Notes: generated by a model not told the origin, from the letters alone. A stretch of DNA of 64,000 bases from an uncultured Nitrospiraceae bacterium (GCA_963706325.1 CAVPLT010000004.1:1056001-1120000), one strand, 5' to 3'. Positions 18,001 through 26,797 are shown, numbered from the stretch's first letter. Translations and numbers: made by a program.

Positions 18001-20444
18001 GTCGCCGCACGACGACTGCTGTCTCGCCATCGATTGCCTATACCAAGCCTCCGATGGTCTCGGTCATTGTGCCGACGTATAACCGGCCTGAACGGTTGCG
18101 TGCCGCGCTCGACAGCGTGAATCGACAACAATATCGGGATTTTGAAGTAATCGTGGTCAATGACGGCACCATTCCGGTCGAATCCGTCGTATCGGACGTG
18201 AACCAGGCCGGGCGCATCACCCTGGTGAACCACGATCGCAATCGGGGGCTGGCCGCGTCACGTAATACCGGCCTTCGTCTCGCCAAAGGCGTCTATATTG
18301 CCTATCTCGATGACGACGACCGATTTCTGCCCGATCACCTCGGCACCCTCGTCGCTTGTCTCGAACGCGGCGAGCACCACGTCGCCTACTCGGATGCCTG
18401 GCGTGTGATCGAGCATCAAGTAAACGGAATCATCGCCGAAGCGGGTCGCGATCGGCCCCATTCCTCTGACTTCTCCGCCTCTCGATTGCTCGTTGAAAAC
18501 TATATCCCGGTTCTGTGCTTGATGCATCGCCGGTCTTGTCTGGATGACGTCGGGTTGTTCGACGAATGCCTGTTCGTGCATGAAGATTGGGACCTCTGGA
18601 TCAGACTCGCTACACTATATGCCTTCGCACATATCCCCCGTACGACCGCAGAATTCACCTGGCGGAGCGATGGATCATCCATGTCCAGTCGCGATCAGGA
18701 TGCCTTCACGCGAACCATGGATATCATTTATCGAAAATACTTTTCTTATACGGCGGGGCATCCGAACATCCTGGCAGCTCAGCGAGAGCGTTTGAAGGGA
18801 ATGAAGGCACGCGTCAGCCCCACCCCGTACCACTGCTCTATCATTATCCCTGTGTGGAACAATATCGCTCTTACGCAGCAATGTCTGATGGCGCTCGCGG
18901 ATGTCACCGAGGGCGCGACGTTCGAAGTGGTCGTGGTCGACAACGGGTCCACCGATGGCGTGCAGGATTTTCTGCAGACGCTCGGCGGAGATGTGCAAGT
19001 CATTCGCAATCAAGACAATCTTGGATTTGCCAAAGCCTGTAACCAGGGCGCGCGGGCGGCGCGAGGGGAGTACCTGGTTTTTCTGAATAACGACACGATT
19101 CCCTTGAACGGATGGCTGACGGCACTGATCGAGGAAGTCCGCACCCATTCAGATGTGGCGGTCGTCGGCAGCAAACTGCTGTACGAAGACGGCACCATTC
19201 AACATGCGGGTGTCGCCTTCTCTCGTGAGTGGTTCCTGCCCTATCACATCTACCGCGGTTTCGATGCCCATGCCGCCAGCGTGTCCCGTCGCCGAGAACT
19301 GGATTGTGTGACCGCGGCCTGCATGCTCGTGCGTCGAGAGGCCTTCGAGGAAGTAGGCGGATTCGATGAAGGGTACCGAAATGGGTTTGAGGATGTCGAT
19401 CTGTGTCTCAAGATTCGGGAGAAAAACCGGAAGATCATCTATCAGCCCCAGAGCGTGCTCTATCATTTGGAGAGCCGCACGCCGGGACGAAAGGCCCATG
19501 ACCTTGACAACAGCCGACGCCTTCACGAACGCTGGGCAGCGTCTTGGTGGCTCGCCGACGAAGATCGTATCCACTTCGAGGATGGGTATGCCCTGCACAC
19601 CTATGTGGATGACGGAAAACTCGGCTATCGCCTCCGCCTCATCGACGATCCTACAACACGAGCGGAACGAGGCCTCGTAGCAGAGGTACAATCTGGCGCC
19701 CATCGGCGGGATCTAGAGAAGGTCGTCGAACTCCTGACACGCGTCGATGAGTGGCCGGCGGATGTGTGGATCCTTCGCTGGGCGGCTCTCCTCTGTCTGG
19801 GGGTCATGCATCCGCGGCTAGCCATTCCGTTCTGGCGACGCGTGCTGATGTTAGAGGAGGATGCGCAAGGCCGCATCGCGCTCGCCAAACATGCGCTCGA
19901 ATCAGAATCCCTCGACGAGGCGGACGTGCATCTGGCCGCCCTGCTGAGGAATGAGCCCTCGCATGGAGAAGGCTGGTTACTGCGCGGGATCGTCGCCATG
20001 CAACAGAATACATACGCAGAGGCGGAAAGCGCCTTTGAACGAGCCAAGCTGTCCGGCGCGGATCCACGCAAGGCATCGCTAGGAATGGTCATGGCCGCGA
20101 TGGGCGCCAACCGATCAGAAAAGGCCTGGGACCTAATACTTCCGCTCTCCGCAGACCACCCGGACGATGAAGAATGCATGCACTGGCTCCTGCGTTGTGG
20201 AACGGCCCTCGAACGGTGGGATGCTGTGAGCTCGCGGCTCACAACCTTTCTCATTCGCAATCCCGGCAATATGGCCTTGCGGTTTGCGCTTGCCGGTGTG
20301 TTGCTCAGATCCGGCAGGCGGACAGAGGCTCGGCGGGAATGTGACATGCTCAGCGCCCTGGATCCTACCTTTGATGGGTTGAGTGAGCTCACGAGAATGC
20401 TGGCCGAACCACCGCCAAAGTTGGTTCCACATCATGCTGCCTGA
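15084..20444 (+). CDS. 1786-aa multidomain protein: SAM-MTase / CgeB-like GT / SAM-MTase / GT2 / GT2 / TPR
   Basis: EVGSWAGGS + DGDHSY; RVIEAMAAG; LDVGCGRG; VSVIVPTYNRP + YLDDDD; CSIIIPVWNN + FLNND + EDVDLC; helical TPR-like tail; one uninterrupted ORF. Confidence 0.88.
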   Translation: MSHGDTGSNEVTPLDVEYYQFCREQMRPYFGRVMWASQGLPLRHVVMQELVRLEAARHGKNPFHILEVGSWAGGSAVTWAEALARHHRANGRVLCVDPWKPYFDVAKRPAAAVYREMSEALAKDTIYELFLHNIATAGYAGLVLPLRGAATVMLPALPRNYFDLVFVDGDHSYAAVLADITAAAGLIKDGGVLCGDDLERQRFEIDEAYARTQIESDYIRDPRSGHEYHPGVTLAVGELFGEVAHVAGCWAVRKRGTGWERFDMSNVACSPDHIPHHLTRRDPAADREFQGWRERRYRPTSHVVAREPEDHALTRPVSTGRTVPAASAKPRALLIQLEFETWATARPWTYSAAFGVQEGLLANGVECVTVPAIAENPCASPTSWVYHAKQALAGQHFDQVWLWLIHTPLDQAILEWVAELAPVRVGVLMESLRYDAEDYAWAPQLKHRQGQLEAQLPYLTHVLAPDEQDAAELNRHGSANALWWPPMVPERFIIHPSGSPTQSQAVFHGTPYGRRRDWVSHSHLTGRLHCVKAAQPQTKNQRLFDQLQQTAAQYLREGHAVTEAAIHEYVQALQQIRLAEFTEWMAHLLQWPAIVNLPSLAKFYGGRVIEAMAAGRPVISWSIPDHPKNLSLFEPEREILLFQQDDPGGLAQHIDRILHDRPFANALAQQAQNKIRLYHTAERRLQGTLEWIRTGQLPDYGQSTHGDQRTFETATSRLAQHPSTSDAINRRNVRTPQSSLRETTMDQNAFYVDLFVNKPAWSTPDPNPDEAARWSKIASFLECILREARQNNPERTLRILDVGCGRGWLTNLATAYGACEGIEPVAGVIEHARRMFPHLRFEAGTPETLLARSDFKPFDIVLCSEVIEHVPHANKPVFVQQLAQLLTSDGYLVLTTPRGDVWNEWQKIAPPNQPVEDWVTEQQLGQLLSDGGFRHLGLERIPIEVPSLRYFPAATPHDVRSVKLLPIYQVWACRRTTTAVSPSIAYTKPPMVSVIVPTYNRPERLRAALDSVNRQQYRDFEVIVVNDGTIPVESVVSDVNQAGRITLVNHDRNRGLAASRNTGLRLAKGVYIAYLDDDDRFLPDHLGTLVACLERGEHHVAYSDAWRVIEHQVNGIIAEAGRDRPHSSDFSASRLLVENYIPVLCLMHRRSCLDDVGLFDECLFVHEDWDLWIRLATLYAFAHIPRTTAEFTWRSDGSSMSSRDQDAFTRTMDIIYRKYFSYTAGHPNILAAQRERLKGMKARVSPTPYHCSIIIPVWNNIALTQQCLMALADVTEGATFEVVVVDNGSTDGVQDFLQTLGGDVQVIRNQDNLGFAKACNQGARAARGEYLVFLNNDTIPLNGWLTALIEEVRTHSDVAVVGSKLLYEDGTIQHAGVAFSREWFLPYHIYRGFDAHAASVSRRRELDCVTAACMLVRREAFEEVGGFDEGYRNGFEDVDLCLKIREKNRKIIYQPQSVLYHLESRTPGRKAHDLDNSRRLHERWAASWWLADEDRIHFEDGYALHTYVDDGKLGYRLRLIDDPTTRAERGLVAEVQSGAHRRDLEKVVELLTRVDEWPADVWILRWAALLCLGVMHPRLAIPFWRRVLMLEEDAQGRIALAKHALESESLDEADVHLAALLRNEPSHGEGWLLRGIVAMQQNTYAEAESAFERAKLSGADPRKASLGMVMAAMGANRSEKAWDLILPLSADHPDDEECMHWLLRCGTALERWDAVSSRLTTFLIRNPGNMALRFALAGVLLRSGRRTEARRECDMLSALDPTFDGLSELTRMLAEPPPKLVPHHAA

Positions 20445-21627
20445 ACCAGCAGCTGAGAGCCGAGCCCTGGTGATTCAACAGGCACGGTTGGGAGATCTCG
20501 TGCAATCGCTTCCTGCGATTGAGGCCGTGCGAGCATGTTATGCCGATCGTCCAGTGGATCTTCTATGCCCGACCCCCTTGGGACCTGTCCTCGCGAGGTC
20601 CCAAGCCATTCGCCGAATCATACCCTGGGACGGTGGTCAGTGGCGGGTATGGGTCGATCAATGGACGCAGGATCCGGCAGCGACCTTGCGCACAATTCAG
20701 AACTTCATCGCCTCGCTTGGGGACATCGAATATGACCGCGTCTACAATTTGAATCAGCACGCACGAGGCATTTTGATGGCGCATTTGTTTACGAGCCACT
20801 CCGTGGAAGCCAGCCAAAGGACGCAAACGAATTCAGGCGTGAACCCATGGACGCTGTATCTCCGACAGGTGGCCAAGGAGCGTGGAAAAAATCGCGTACA
20901 TCTGGCGGATGCGTGGTGCGGCCTGTGCGGGGTGAAACCGCGTGGCCGTGCGCCTATCTTGGATCTCGAAGGGGCCGCGCTTCCTGAGGATCTCACCCAA
21001 ATCGGCCAACAGAAAGGACTGTGGGTTGCTGTTGTAACCGGGGCAGGGGATTCGGCACGTTGTATTTCGCCCGTTGTGTGGGCTCATTGGATTCGGGAGT
21101 TCCTGACGCAGGTGGATGATGGGCAGGTGGTCTTGATCGGAAGCGGGCAGGAGCGTGAGGCCGGGCAGGCAATTTTGGAAATGAGTCCAACTTTATTGCA
21201 GGGACGCGTATGGGACACGACCGGTCGTACGACGCTCCCTCAGCTCATGACCTTGCTAACCAAGTGCCGTTGGACGGTTGGGGCGGACACTGGACCACTG
21301 CATTTGGCCACCGCTCTCGGTAGCCGTGCGTTGGGACTCTACTTCGCGCGCGCCCGGGTCCACGAAACCGGTCCCTATGGGGAAGGCCATTGGGTCTATC
21401 AATATTCAACCCAGGAGCAGCCAGACAATTGGCCCATCGAGGAGAGTATTGAATTGATATGTGATGGGCGCCTTCGCCCGGCCCCTGGATGGTCCCTTTG
21501 GAGGAGTCACTTGGATCAATGGGGTGTCTGCTTCGAGGACGGCTCCGCACCACACGAGGCTGATCTACAACGAGCCACTGTCTGGCAATCACTTTCTCCC
21601 ACTTTGTATGAATCGGCGGCCGCATGA
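20434..21627 (+). CDS. Glycosyltransferase family 9 (heptosyltransferase-like)
   Basis: ARLGDLVQSLP, GRTTLPQL, ADTGPLHLATALG, ETGPYG. Confidence 0.88.
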   Translation: MLPEPAAESRALVIQQARLGDLVQSLPAIEAVRACYADRPVDLLCPTPLGPVLARSQAIRRIIPWDGGQWRVWVDQWTQDPAATLRTIQNFIASLGDIEYDRVYNLNQHARGILMAHLFTSHSVEASQRTQTNSGVNPWTLYLRQVAKERGKNRVHLADAWCGLCGVKPRGRAPILDLEGAALPEDLTQIGQQKGLWVAVVTGAGDSARCISPVVWAHWIREFLTQVDDGQVVLIGSGQEREAGQAILEMSPTLLQGRVWDTTGRTTLPQLMTLLTKCRWTVGADTGPLHLATALGSRALGLYFARARVHETGPYGEGHWVYQYSTQEQPDNWPIEESIELICDGRLRPAPGWSLWRSHLDQWGVCFEDGSAPHEADLQRATVWQSLSPTLYESAAA

Positions 21628-23441
21628 ACATATTCAACGAGAACATCACCAGGTTGTCCAGTCGGTATCCGGAGCTGGCAGCCGTCACAAGATCCGCTGC
21701 CGGAGGAGCTCTTACAATCGAACCATCTCGCAAGGGCACCCCCTCGGCGCAGCGATCCGGTCGATGGATTCATAGCGCCTATGATCCCGTTCGTGAAGCG
21801 GACACCTGGGCGAACACCCACGCGCCGCTTTGCCAACCCGGAGAGACAATCGTCATCGCCGGAGTCGGACTGCTCTACCATGTGGAGGCGCTTCGCAATC
21901 GTCTTTCACCGGATTGCTCCATTGCAGTGCTGATTCCCAATATCCAAGAATTCCACGACAGTCTATCGACTCGCGCACTAGGCCTTTGGAGCGAACGCAT
22001 TACCTGGCTTTTCGGAACGCCTTTGGAGAGCGCACAGAAGCTCGCAGCAACCGGTCGGCCTTTGCGCTGTCTCTCCTATACACCGGCCGCTCACCCGGAT
22101 GCCGACTTCCACCAGGCGTTTCAGCAGGTCCTGCGTCGCCATATCGCGAGCCACACCGGAGGCCAACTGACTATTACATTGGTGGGGCCGATTTATGGCG
22201 GGTCGCTGCCGATCGCTCATTATGTGAAGCGCGCGCTTGAAACCCTTGGCCATAAGGTGCAGTGGATCGATCATAGCCTTCATGCAGCGAGCTACGAAGC
22301 TATGGGCAGGCTGAAAGACGCGCGCAATCGGCAGCTGATGCAAAGCCGCATGGCCGAAGTGTTGAGCCAATGGACCTTGGCTTCGCTGGCTGAATCCCCT
22401 CCAGACCTCGTGTTGTCGCTGGCCCAGGCTCCCCTGACATTGCCGGTCTTGGAGCACTTGCGCAAAAAGAATTTTCTGACGGCGATGTGGTTTGTGGAAA
22501 ACTATCGTCATCTCACCTATTGGCAACAGATGGCGCCGGGGTATGACTACTGGTTTGTCTTTCAGCAGGGCCAATGCCCTGGTGCCTTCCGGCAGGCAGG
22601 CGCGAAAAATGTGAGCTATTTGCCGATGGCCGCAGACCCGGCCATCCATCACCCAATGACTCTGTCGGATAAAGACCGACGTGACTATGGGGCGGACGTG
22701 TCATTCGTCGGCGCCGGATACGCCAATCGCCGGCAACTGTTCCCCGCACTCCTCCGGCAACCCTGGTCATTCAAACTCTGGGGGAATGAATGGGAGGGCG
22801 CCGATGATCTTCAATCCGTACTGCAATTGAACGGCACCCGGATCGATACCCTCACGTGCATGAAGGTCTTCAATGCCACAGCCATCAATCTCAATCTGCA
22901 TTCCACCACCGGAGTTGGGCTGGATCCACAGGCGGATTTCGTCAATCCACGCACCTTCGAATTAGCCTCCTGTGGGGCCTTTCAATTGGTCGACCACCGC
23001 TCATTGCTCCAGGAATTTTTCACTGCTCAGGAGATGGTCTCGTTTCGAACCTTTAATGAGGTTCCAGGACTGGTAGGACAATGGTTAGGAGATTCTGCAG
23101 CTCGACAAGCCATGTCAGCTGCCGCTCAGGCACGCGTCTTAGGCGCGCATACCTACGCGCATCGAATGAAGGATCTGCTCTCGCACATCGGTGTCTCCCA
23201 GCCGGATCGAGTCGGCGCTGTCTTGCGAGGCGATCGGCAGCAAGAGGCGTTGCTCACACGTTGCGCGAATGATCCTCCGCTGGAAGCACTCCTCAAGGAA
23301 TGTCCGGCAGGCCAGCGGATCGAACTGAAAGATCTGGCGGCGCGAGTCCGGGCCAAGGGACCTTCGTCGACTCTTAAGCGAGATGAACTCATGGTGCTGA
23401 TGCTGGATGAATATCGGAGTGAGACCCGAGATTTGGTATGA
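21624..23441 (+). CDS. CgeB/DUF3880-type glycosyltransferase with Maf-like N-terminal region
   Basis: N-terminal NIFNENI...IHSAYDPVREA...GVGLLYH; C-terminal YLPMAADP, DVSFVG, INLNLH, NPRTFELASCGAFQL; ATGA-coupled. Confidence 0.8.
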   Translation: MNIFNENITRLSSRYPELAAVTRSAAGGALTIEPSRKGTPSAQRSGRWIHSAYDPVREADTWANTHAPLCQPGETIVIAGVGLLYHVEALRNRLSPDCSIAVLIPNIQEFHDSLSTRALGLWSERITWLFGTPLESAQKLAATGRPLRCLSYTPAAHPDADFHQAFQQVLRRHIASHTGGQLTITLVGPIYGGSLPIAHYVKRALETLGHKVQWIDHSLHAASYEAMGRLKDARNRQLMQSRMAEVLSQWTLASLAESPPDLVLSLAQAPLTLPVLEHLRKKNFLTAMWFVENYRHLTYWQQMAPGYDYWFVFQQGQCPGAFRQAGAKNVSYLPMAADPAIHHPMTLSDKDRRDYGADVSFVGAGYANRRQLFPALLRQPWSFKLWGNEWEGADDLQSVLQLNGTRIDTLTCMKVFNATAINLNLHSTTGVGLDPQADFVNPRTFELASCGAFQLVDHRSLLQEFFTAQEMVSFRTFNEVPGLVGQWLGDSAARQAMSAAAQARVLGAHTYAHRMKDLLSHIGVSQPDRVGAVLRGDRQQEALLTRCANDPPLEALLKECPAGQRIELKDLAARVRAKGPSSTLKRDELMVLMLDEYRSETRDLV

Positions 23442-25102
23442 GCAAACAGGTGCTTCTCATAAACATCACCCGGATGGGCGACCTCGTCCAAATGGGCACG
23501 CTCTTGCAGCGTCTACAGCATGAGTGGCCAGGCGCTGCGGTCGATCTCGTCGTCGACCGACGGTTCGCGTCGGTGGCCAGCCTCCTCCCGCATCTGCGAC
23601 ATGTCGTAGCCTATGATTTTCACGGTCTGGTCGATGAGAGCCGGGCACAAGCGAAGGACGTTGTGACCCTTTTCCAAGACATAACTCGATGGGCAGCGCC
23701 ATTGGTGGAGGCGCAGTACGACCGCGTCATCAACCTGACCTTCAACCGGCGAAGCGGGTTTCTCACTTCCTATGTCGGCGCCAGAGAAATACGCGGTATC
23801 GCGGCCCCGAAGGATGGGGACGTAGCCATTCACAACCCCTGGATGGCCTATCTGACCGACGTGCACAACCAACGTGCCTTCAATCAGTTCAATTTGGTTG
23901 ATATTTATGCATTAGGCGGGAGCGGCCCTGGACCCTTTGCGCCTTTGTCGATTACCGTGCCTCTTAGTACCGACCGGTGGGCACGCGAATTTCTCTCGCC
24001 CTATGGTGCTGGAGACCAGACTACCTGGGTTGCGGTGCAGGTCGGTGCCAGCGATTCAATGAAGGCGTGGCGGCCTGAGTTGTTCGGCCAGACCTTAGCC
24101 AGCCTGAGTAGGCGAACAAAGGTTGGTTATGTTTTCATCGGTACCGAGGAAGAGCGGAAAGTCAGTCTTCTCGCCCAGCGAGCCTATCAACAGGCCGGAG
24201 GAACCGGCCACCTGTGCGAAGCGATCGGCCGGACGGCGCTGCCTCAGTTAGCGGCCTTGTTGAAGCAATGCCGATTGCTCCTGACGAACGACACCGGACC
24301 AATGCATTTGGCGGTGGGGGTGGGGACTCCGGTCGTCGATCTCTCGGTCGGCCATGTGGACTTTCGCGAAACGGGTCCCTACGGGCCAGGCCATTTGATC
24401 GTGCAGCCGGACATGGCCTGTGCGCCCTGTGGATTCGATCAGGTCTGTTTTCATCACGCGTGTAAGGACCGAATTGTGCCGGACCAGATCGCGGCCCTCT
24501 GCGCATATGTACTGAGTGGAGCCGAGTTCCCCGAGGGCACCACCGGGATCAGAATCTATGGCTCTCGGATTGATGAAGATGGGTTGGGAAGCGCCCGACT
24601 TTTAGCGGGACGTGAAGATGCCACGGTCGACTGGTACGGTCGGTTCTGGCGAAGGTTTTGGTTTGAGCAATTCACCGGCACTGCTAGTCAGATTTCGCCG
24701 TGCGAGGGGGGCCCGCAGGATTATGATGAGGCGCTGCAGTGTTTTCATCGTCTCACGCCCCTCGTGCGCGCGCTCGTGTCCTATGCAAGAGAAATGGTGC
24801 GGTTAGCCAAACAGCATCCGTTGCCCGTCTCCGCGTTGCAACAGTTGCAACTCCGTGAGCGCGCAGACCGTCAGCAGGCCGTTACCCTCAGTCTGCAAAG
24901 TCCGTCGACCGCTTCCCTCGCTGTGGCGCTCTTGCGCGACACGCACAATGACGACGGAAACGAGCTGACGGCCATGGTGCTGGCTCGGCTGGCAACCTAT
25001 CAACGATGGCAGGGAAGACTGAACCAGGTTATCACATATTTTAATTCGCTTCGAAACGGCCGAGTGAAGTCACACGCCATCCCCATGGCACGATCTGCCT
25101 AG
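23438..25102 (+). CDS. Glycosyltransferase family 9 with C-terminal extension
   Basis: TRMGDLVQ, GRTALPQL, TNDTGPMHLA, ETGPYG, CAPC...C...C cysteine cluster. Confidence 0.88.
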   Translation: MSKQVLLINITRMGDLVQMGTLLQRLQHEWPGAAVDLVVDRRFASVASLLPHLRHVVAYDFHGLVDESRAQAKDVVTLFQDITRWAAPLVEAQYDRVINLTFNRRSGFLTSYVGAREIRGIAAPKDGDVAIHNPWMAYLTDVHNQRAFNQFNLVDIYALGGSGPGPFAPLSITVPLSTDRWAREFLSPYGAGDQTTWVAVQVGASDSMKAWRPELFGQTLASLSRRTKVGYVFIGTEEERKVSLLAQRAYQQAGGTGHLCEAIGRTALPQLAALLKQCRLLLTNDTGPMHLAVGVGTPVVDLSVGHVDFRETGPYGPGHLIVQPDMACAPCGFDQVCFHHACKDRIVPDQIAALCAYVLSGAEFPEGTTGIRIYGSRIDEDGLGSARLLAGREDATVDWYGRFWRRFWFEQFTGTASQISPCEGGPQDYDEALQCFHRLTPLVRALVSYAREMVRLAKQHPLPVSALQQLQLRERADRQQAVTLSLQSPSTASLAVALLRDTHNDDGNELTAMVLARLATYQRWQGRLNQVITYFNSLRNGRVKSHAIPMARSA

Positions 25103-25146
25103 CAACAATACGATGAAGGTGGATATCTTTTTGGAGGAGCCACGTC

Positions 25147-25689
25147 ATGCACATTACCCTTGATGAAGAACAATGGCAGGTATCGGATGAGAGCTCGTTG
25201 ATGGAAATCCTGGCTACGATTAGTGACAGGGCGCAGGCTCAGCATCGCATCGTGACGTCATTAACCATCGGTGGGAAAGCGATCAGCGATCGCGATCTTG
25301 CGCCGGGCTTTCTCAATCAATCCGGCAAGAATCTGGGTGCGGTTCAAGCCATTTCTAAATCGCTTCACTCAATCATTACAGAAGCGAAACATGCGATCGA
25401 TCGGTTTGCCGCCCAATTGCGCAAGGACGGCCAAAGCCTGCTCACCCCGTTACGTTCGGGGTCCGGCCATGTCGGGTCGATCGACAGCTGGCTTGGGCGC
25501 CTGGCGGACTACACGGAGATGTTAGAAGCCGGTCGCACCCAAGGCGTCGCGGGCCTATCAGCTGCCACGCTCCTCCCTTGGATTCAGGAACTGTTAGGCG
25601 CGCGCTCCAGCGCCGACCCGGTTCGTGTCGCCGATGTATTGGAATACGAAATATTGCCTCGCCTCACTGAATCAACCTTGGCCGCTTGA
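25147..25689 (+). CDS. Hypothetical protein of the flagellin glycosylation locus
   Basis: GGAGG RBS, 180-aa ORF, C-terminal ADVLEYEILP helix; sits between GT9 and fliC. Confidence 0.75.
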   Translation: MHITLDEEQWQVSDESSLMEILATISDRAQAQHRIVTSLTIGGKAISDRDLAPGFLNQSGKNLGAVQAISKSLHSIITEAKHAIDRFAAQLRKDGQSLLTPLRSGSGHVGSIDSWLGRLADYTEMLEAGRTQGVAGLSAATLLPWIQELLGARSSADPVRVADVLEYEILPRLTESTLAA

Positions 25690-25766
25690 TGTTCATTGTG
25701 CTCCAATACTACACACAGACAGGTAATGTCTCTCATTACAATCATTTCATGTGCTTCTTGAGACAC

Positions 25767-25794
25767 TTAAGTCTTCTTGATATGGCGCCGATAA
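25767..25794 (+). promoter_or_regulatory. Sigma28 promoter of fliC
   Basis: TTAAG-N15-GCCGATAA (consensus -10). Confidence 0.85.
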
Positions 25795-25863
25795 GGGGCA
25801 CAGCAATACGGTAATAGGATGGGCGGGGATGTGCGCACATCTTCCTCAGGCCTGGTTACCACC

Positions 25864-25920
25864 TCGTTGGCACGGATGCCGGCGAATGTTCGAGAGTAGT
25901 GCAGAGCCTTCAGGAGGAAG
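25864..25920 (+). promoter_or_regulatory. Two CsrA-binding hairpins in the fliC leader
   Basis: GGCA-CGGA-TGCC (25869-25880) and CTTC-AGGAG-GAAG (25908-25920, covering the SD). Confidence 0.75.
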
Positions 25921-25926
25921 TACGTC

Positions 25927-26754
25927 ATGGCATTAGTTGTCAATACCAACATCTCGTCCCTGGCCGCGCAGCGGAACCTGTCGGTCAACCAAGCCTCATT
26001 GGCGAAATCGGTTGAGCATTTGTCGTCTGGCTTGCGCATTACCCGCGCATCCGACGATGCGGCAGGATTGGGCGTGTCCGAAACCTTGCGGGCGCAGATC
26101 CGCAGCATCAACCAAGCCACCCGGAACGCGGGCGACGGCATCAGCTTGACGCAAACAGCGGATGGCGCGGCCGCGTCGATCGGTAGCCTGTTGGGCCGTA
26201 TGCGCGAATTGGCCACGCAGGCGGCCAGTGGAACGGTGGGCACGACCGAGCGGTCGTACCTGGACCAGGAATTTGTGGCGTTGCGTTCTGAAATCGATCG
26301 TATCTCGACGACGACGGAATTCAACGGTCAAGCGTTGCTGAGCGGAAGCAGCAATACTTTCTCGGTGTTCGTCGGGTTCAAGAGCGGATCGGGCAACTCC
26401 TTGTCCGTCGCGCTGGATGACCTCGACGTCGCATCCGTCGGATTGACCGGGGCGAGCGTCTCGACGGCGGCAGCGGCACAGGCCGTGCTCTCCAACATCG
26501 ACGGCGCAATCAGCTCGGTGGCAACCGCCCGTGCGAATTACGGGTCGATTCAAAGCCGTTTCGATGCCGCGATTCAGAACCTTACGGTCACGGCAGAGAA
26601 TTTCACGGCAGCAGATTCGCGGATCCGCGATGCGGACATTGCCCAAGAAACCTCCCTGTTCACGAGGAACCAGATCCTCACACAGTCCGGCATTGCGATC
26701 TTGGCCCAAGCCAATGCGCTGCCACAGCAAGCATTAGCGTTGCTGCGAGGGTAA
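25927..26754 (+). CDS. fliC: Flagellin (short, 275 aa)
   Basis: VNTNISSLAAQRNL, LSSGLRITRASDDAAGL, SRIRDADIA, QANALPQQALALLR. Confidence 0.98.
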   Translation: MALVVNTNISSLAAQRNLSVNQASLAKSVEHLSSGLRITRASDDAAGLGVSETLRAQIRSINQATRNAGDGISLTQTADGAAASIGSLLGRMRELATQAASGTVGTTERSYLDQEFVALRSEIDRISTTTEFNGQALLSGSSNTFSVFVGFKSGSGNSLSVALDDLDVASVGLTGASVSTAAAAQAVLSNIDGAISSVATARANYGSIQSRFDAAIQNLTVTAENFTAADSRIRDADIAQETSLFTRNQILTQSGIAILAQANALPQQALALLRG

Positions 26755-26767
26755 GGCCTCATCCGTT

Positions 26768-26797
26768 GGAGAGCCCTCTCGCAAGAGAGAGCTCTCC
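26768..26797 (+). other. Strong stem-loop between fliC and flaG
   Basis: GGAGAGC-C-CTCTC-GCAA-GAGAG-A-GCTCTCC (one mismatch) with GNRA tetraloop and no U-tract. Confidence 0.65.
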
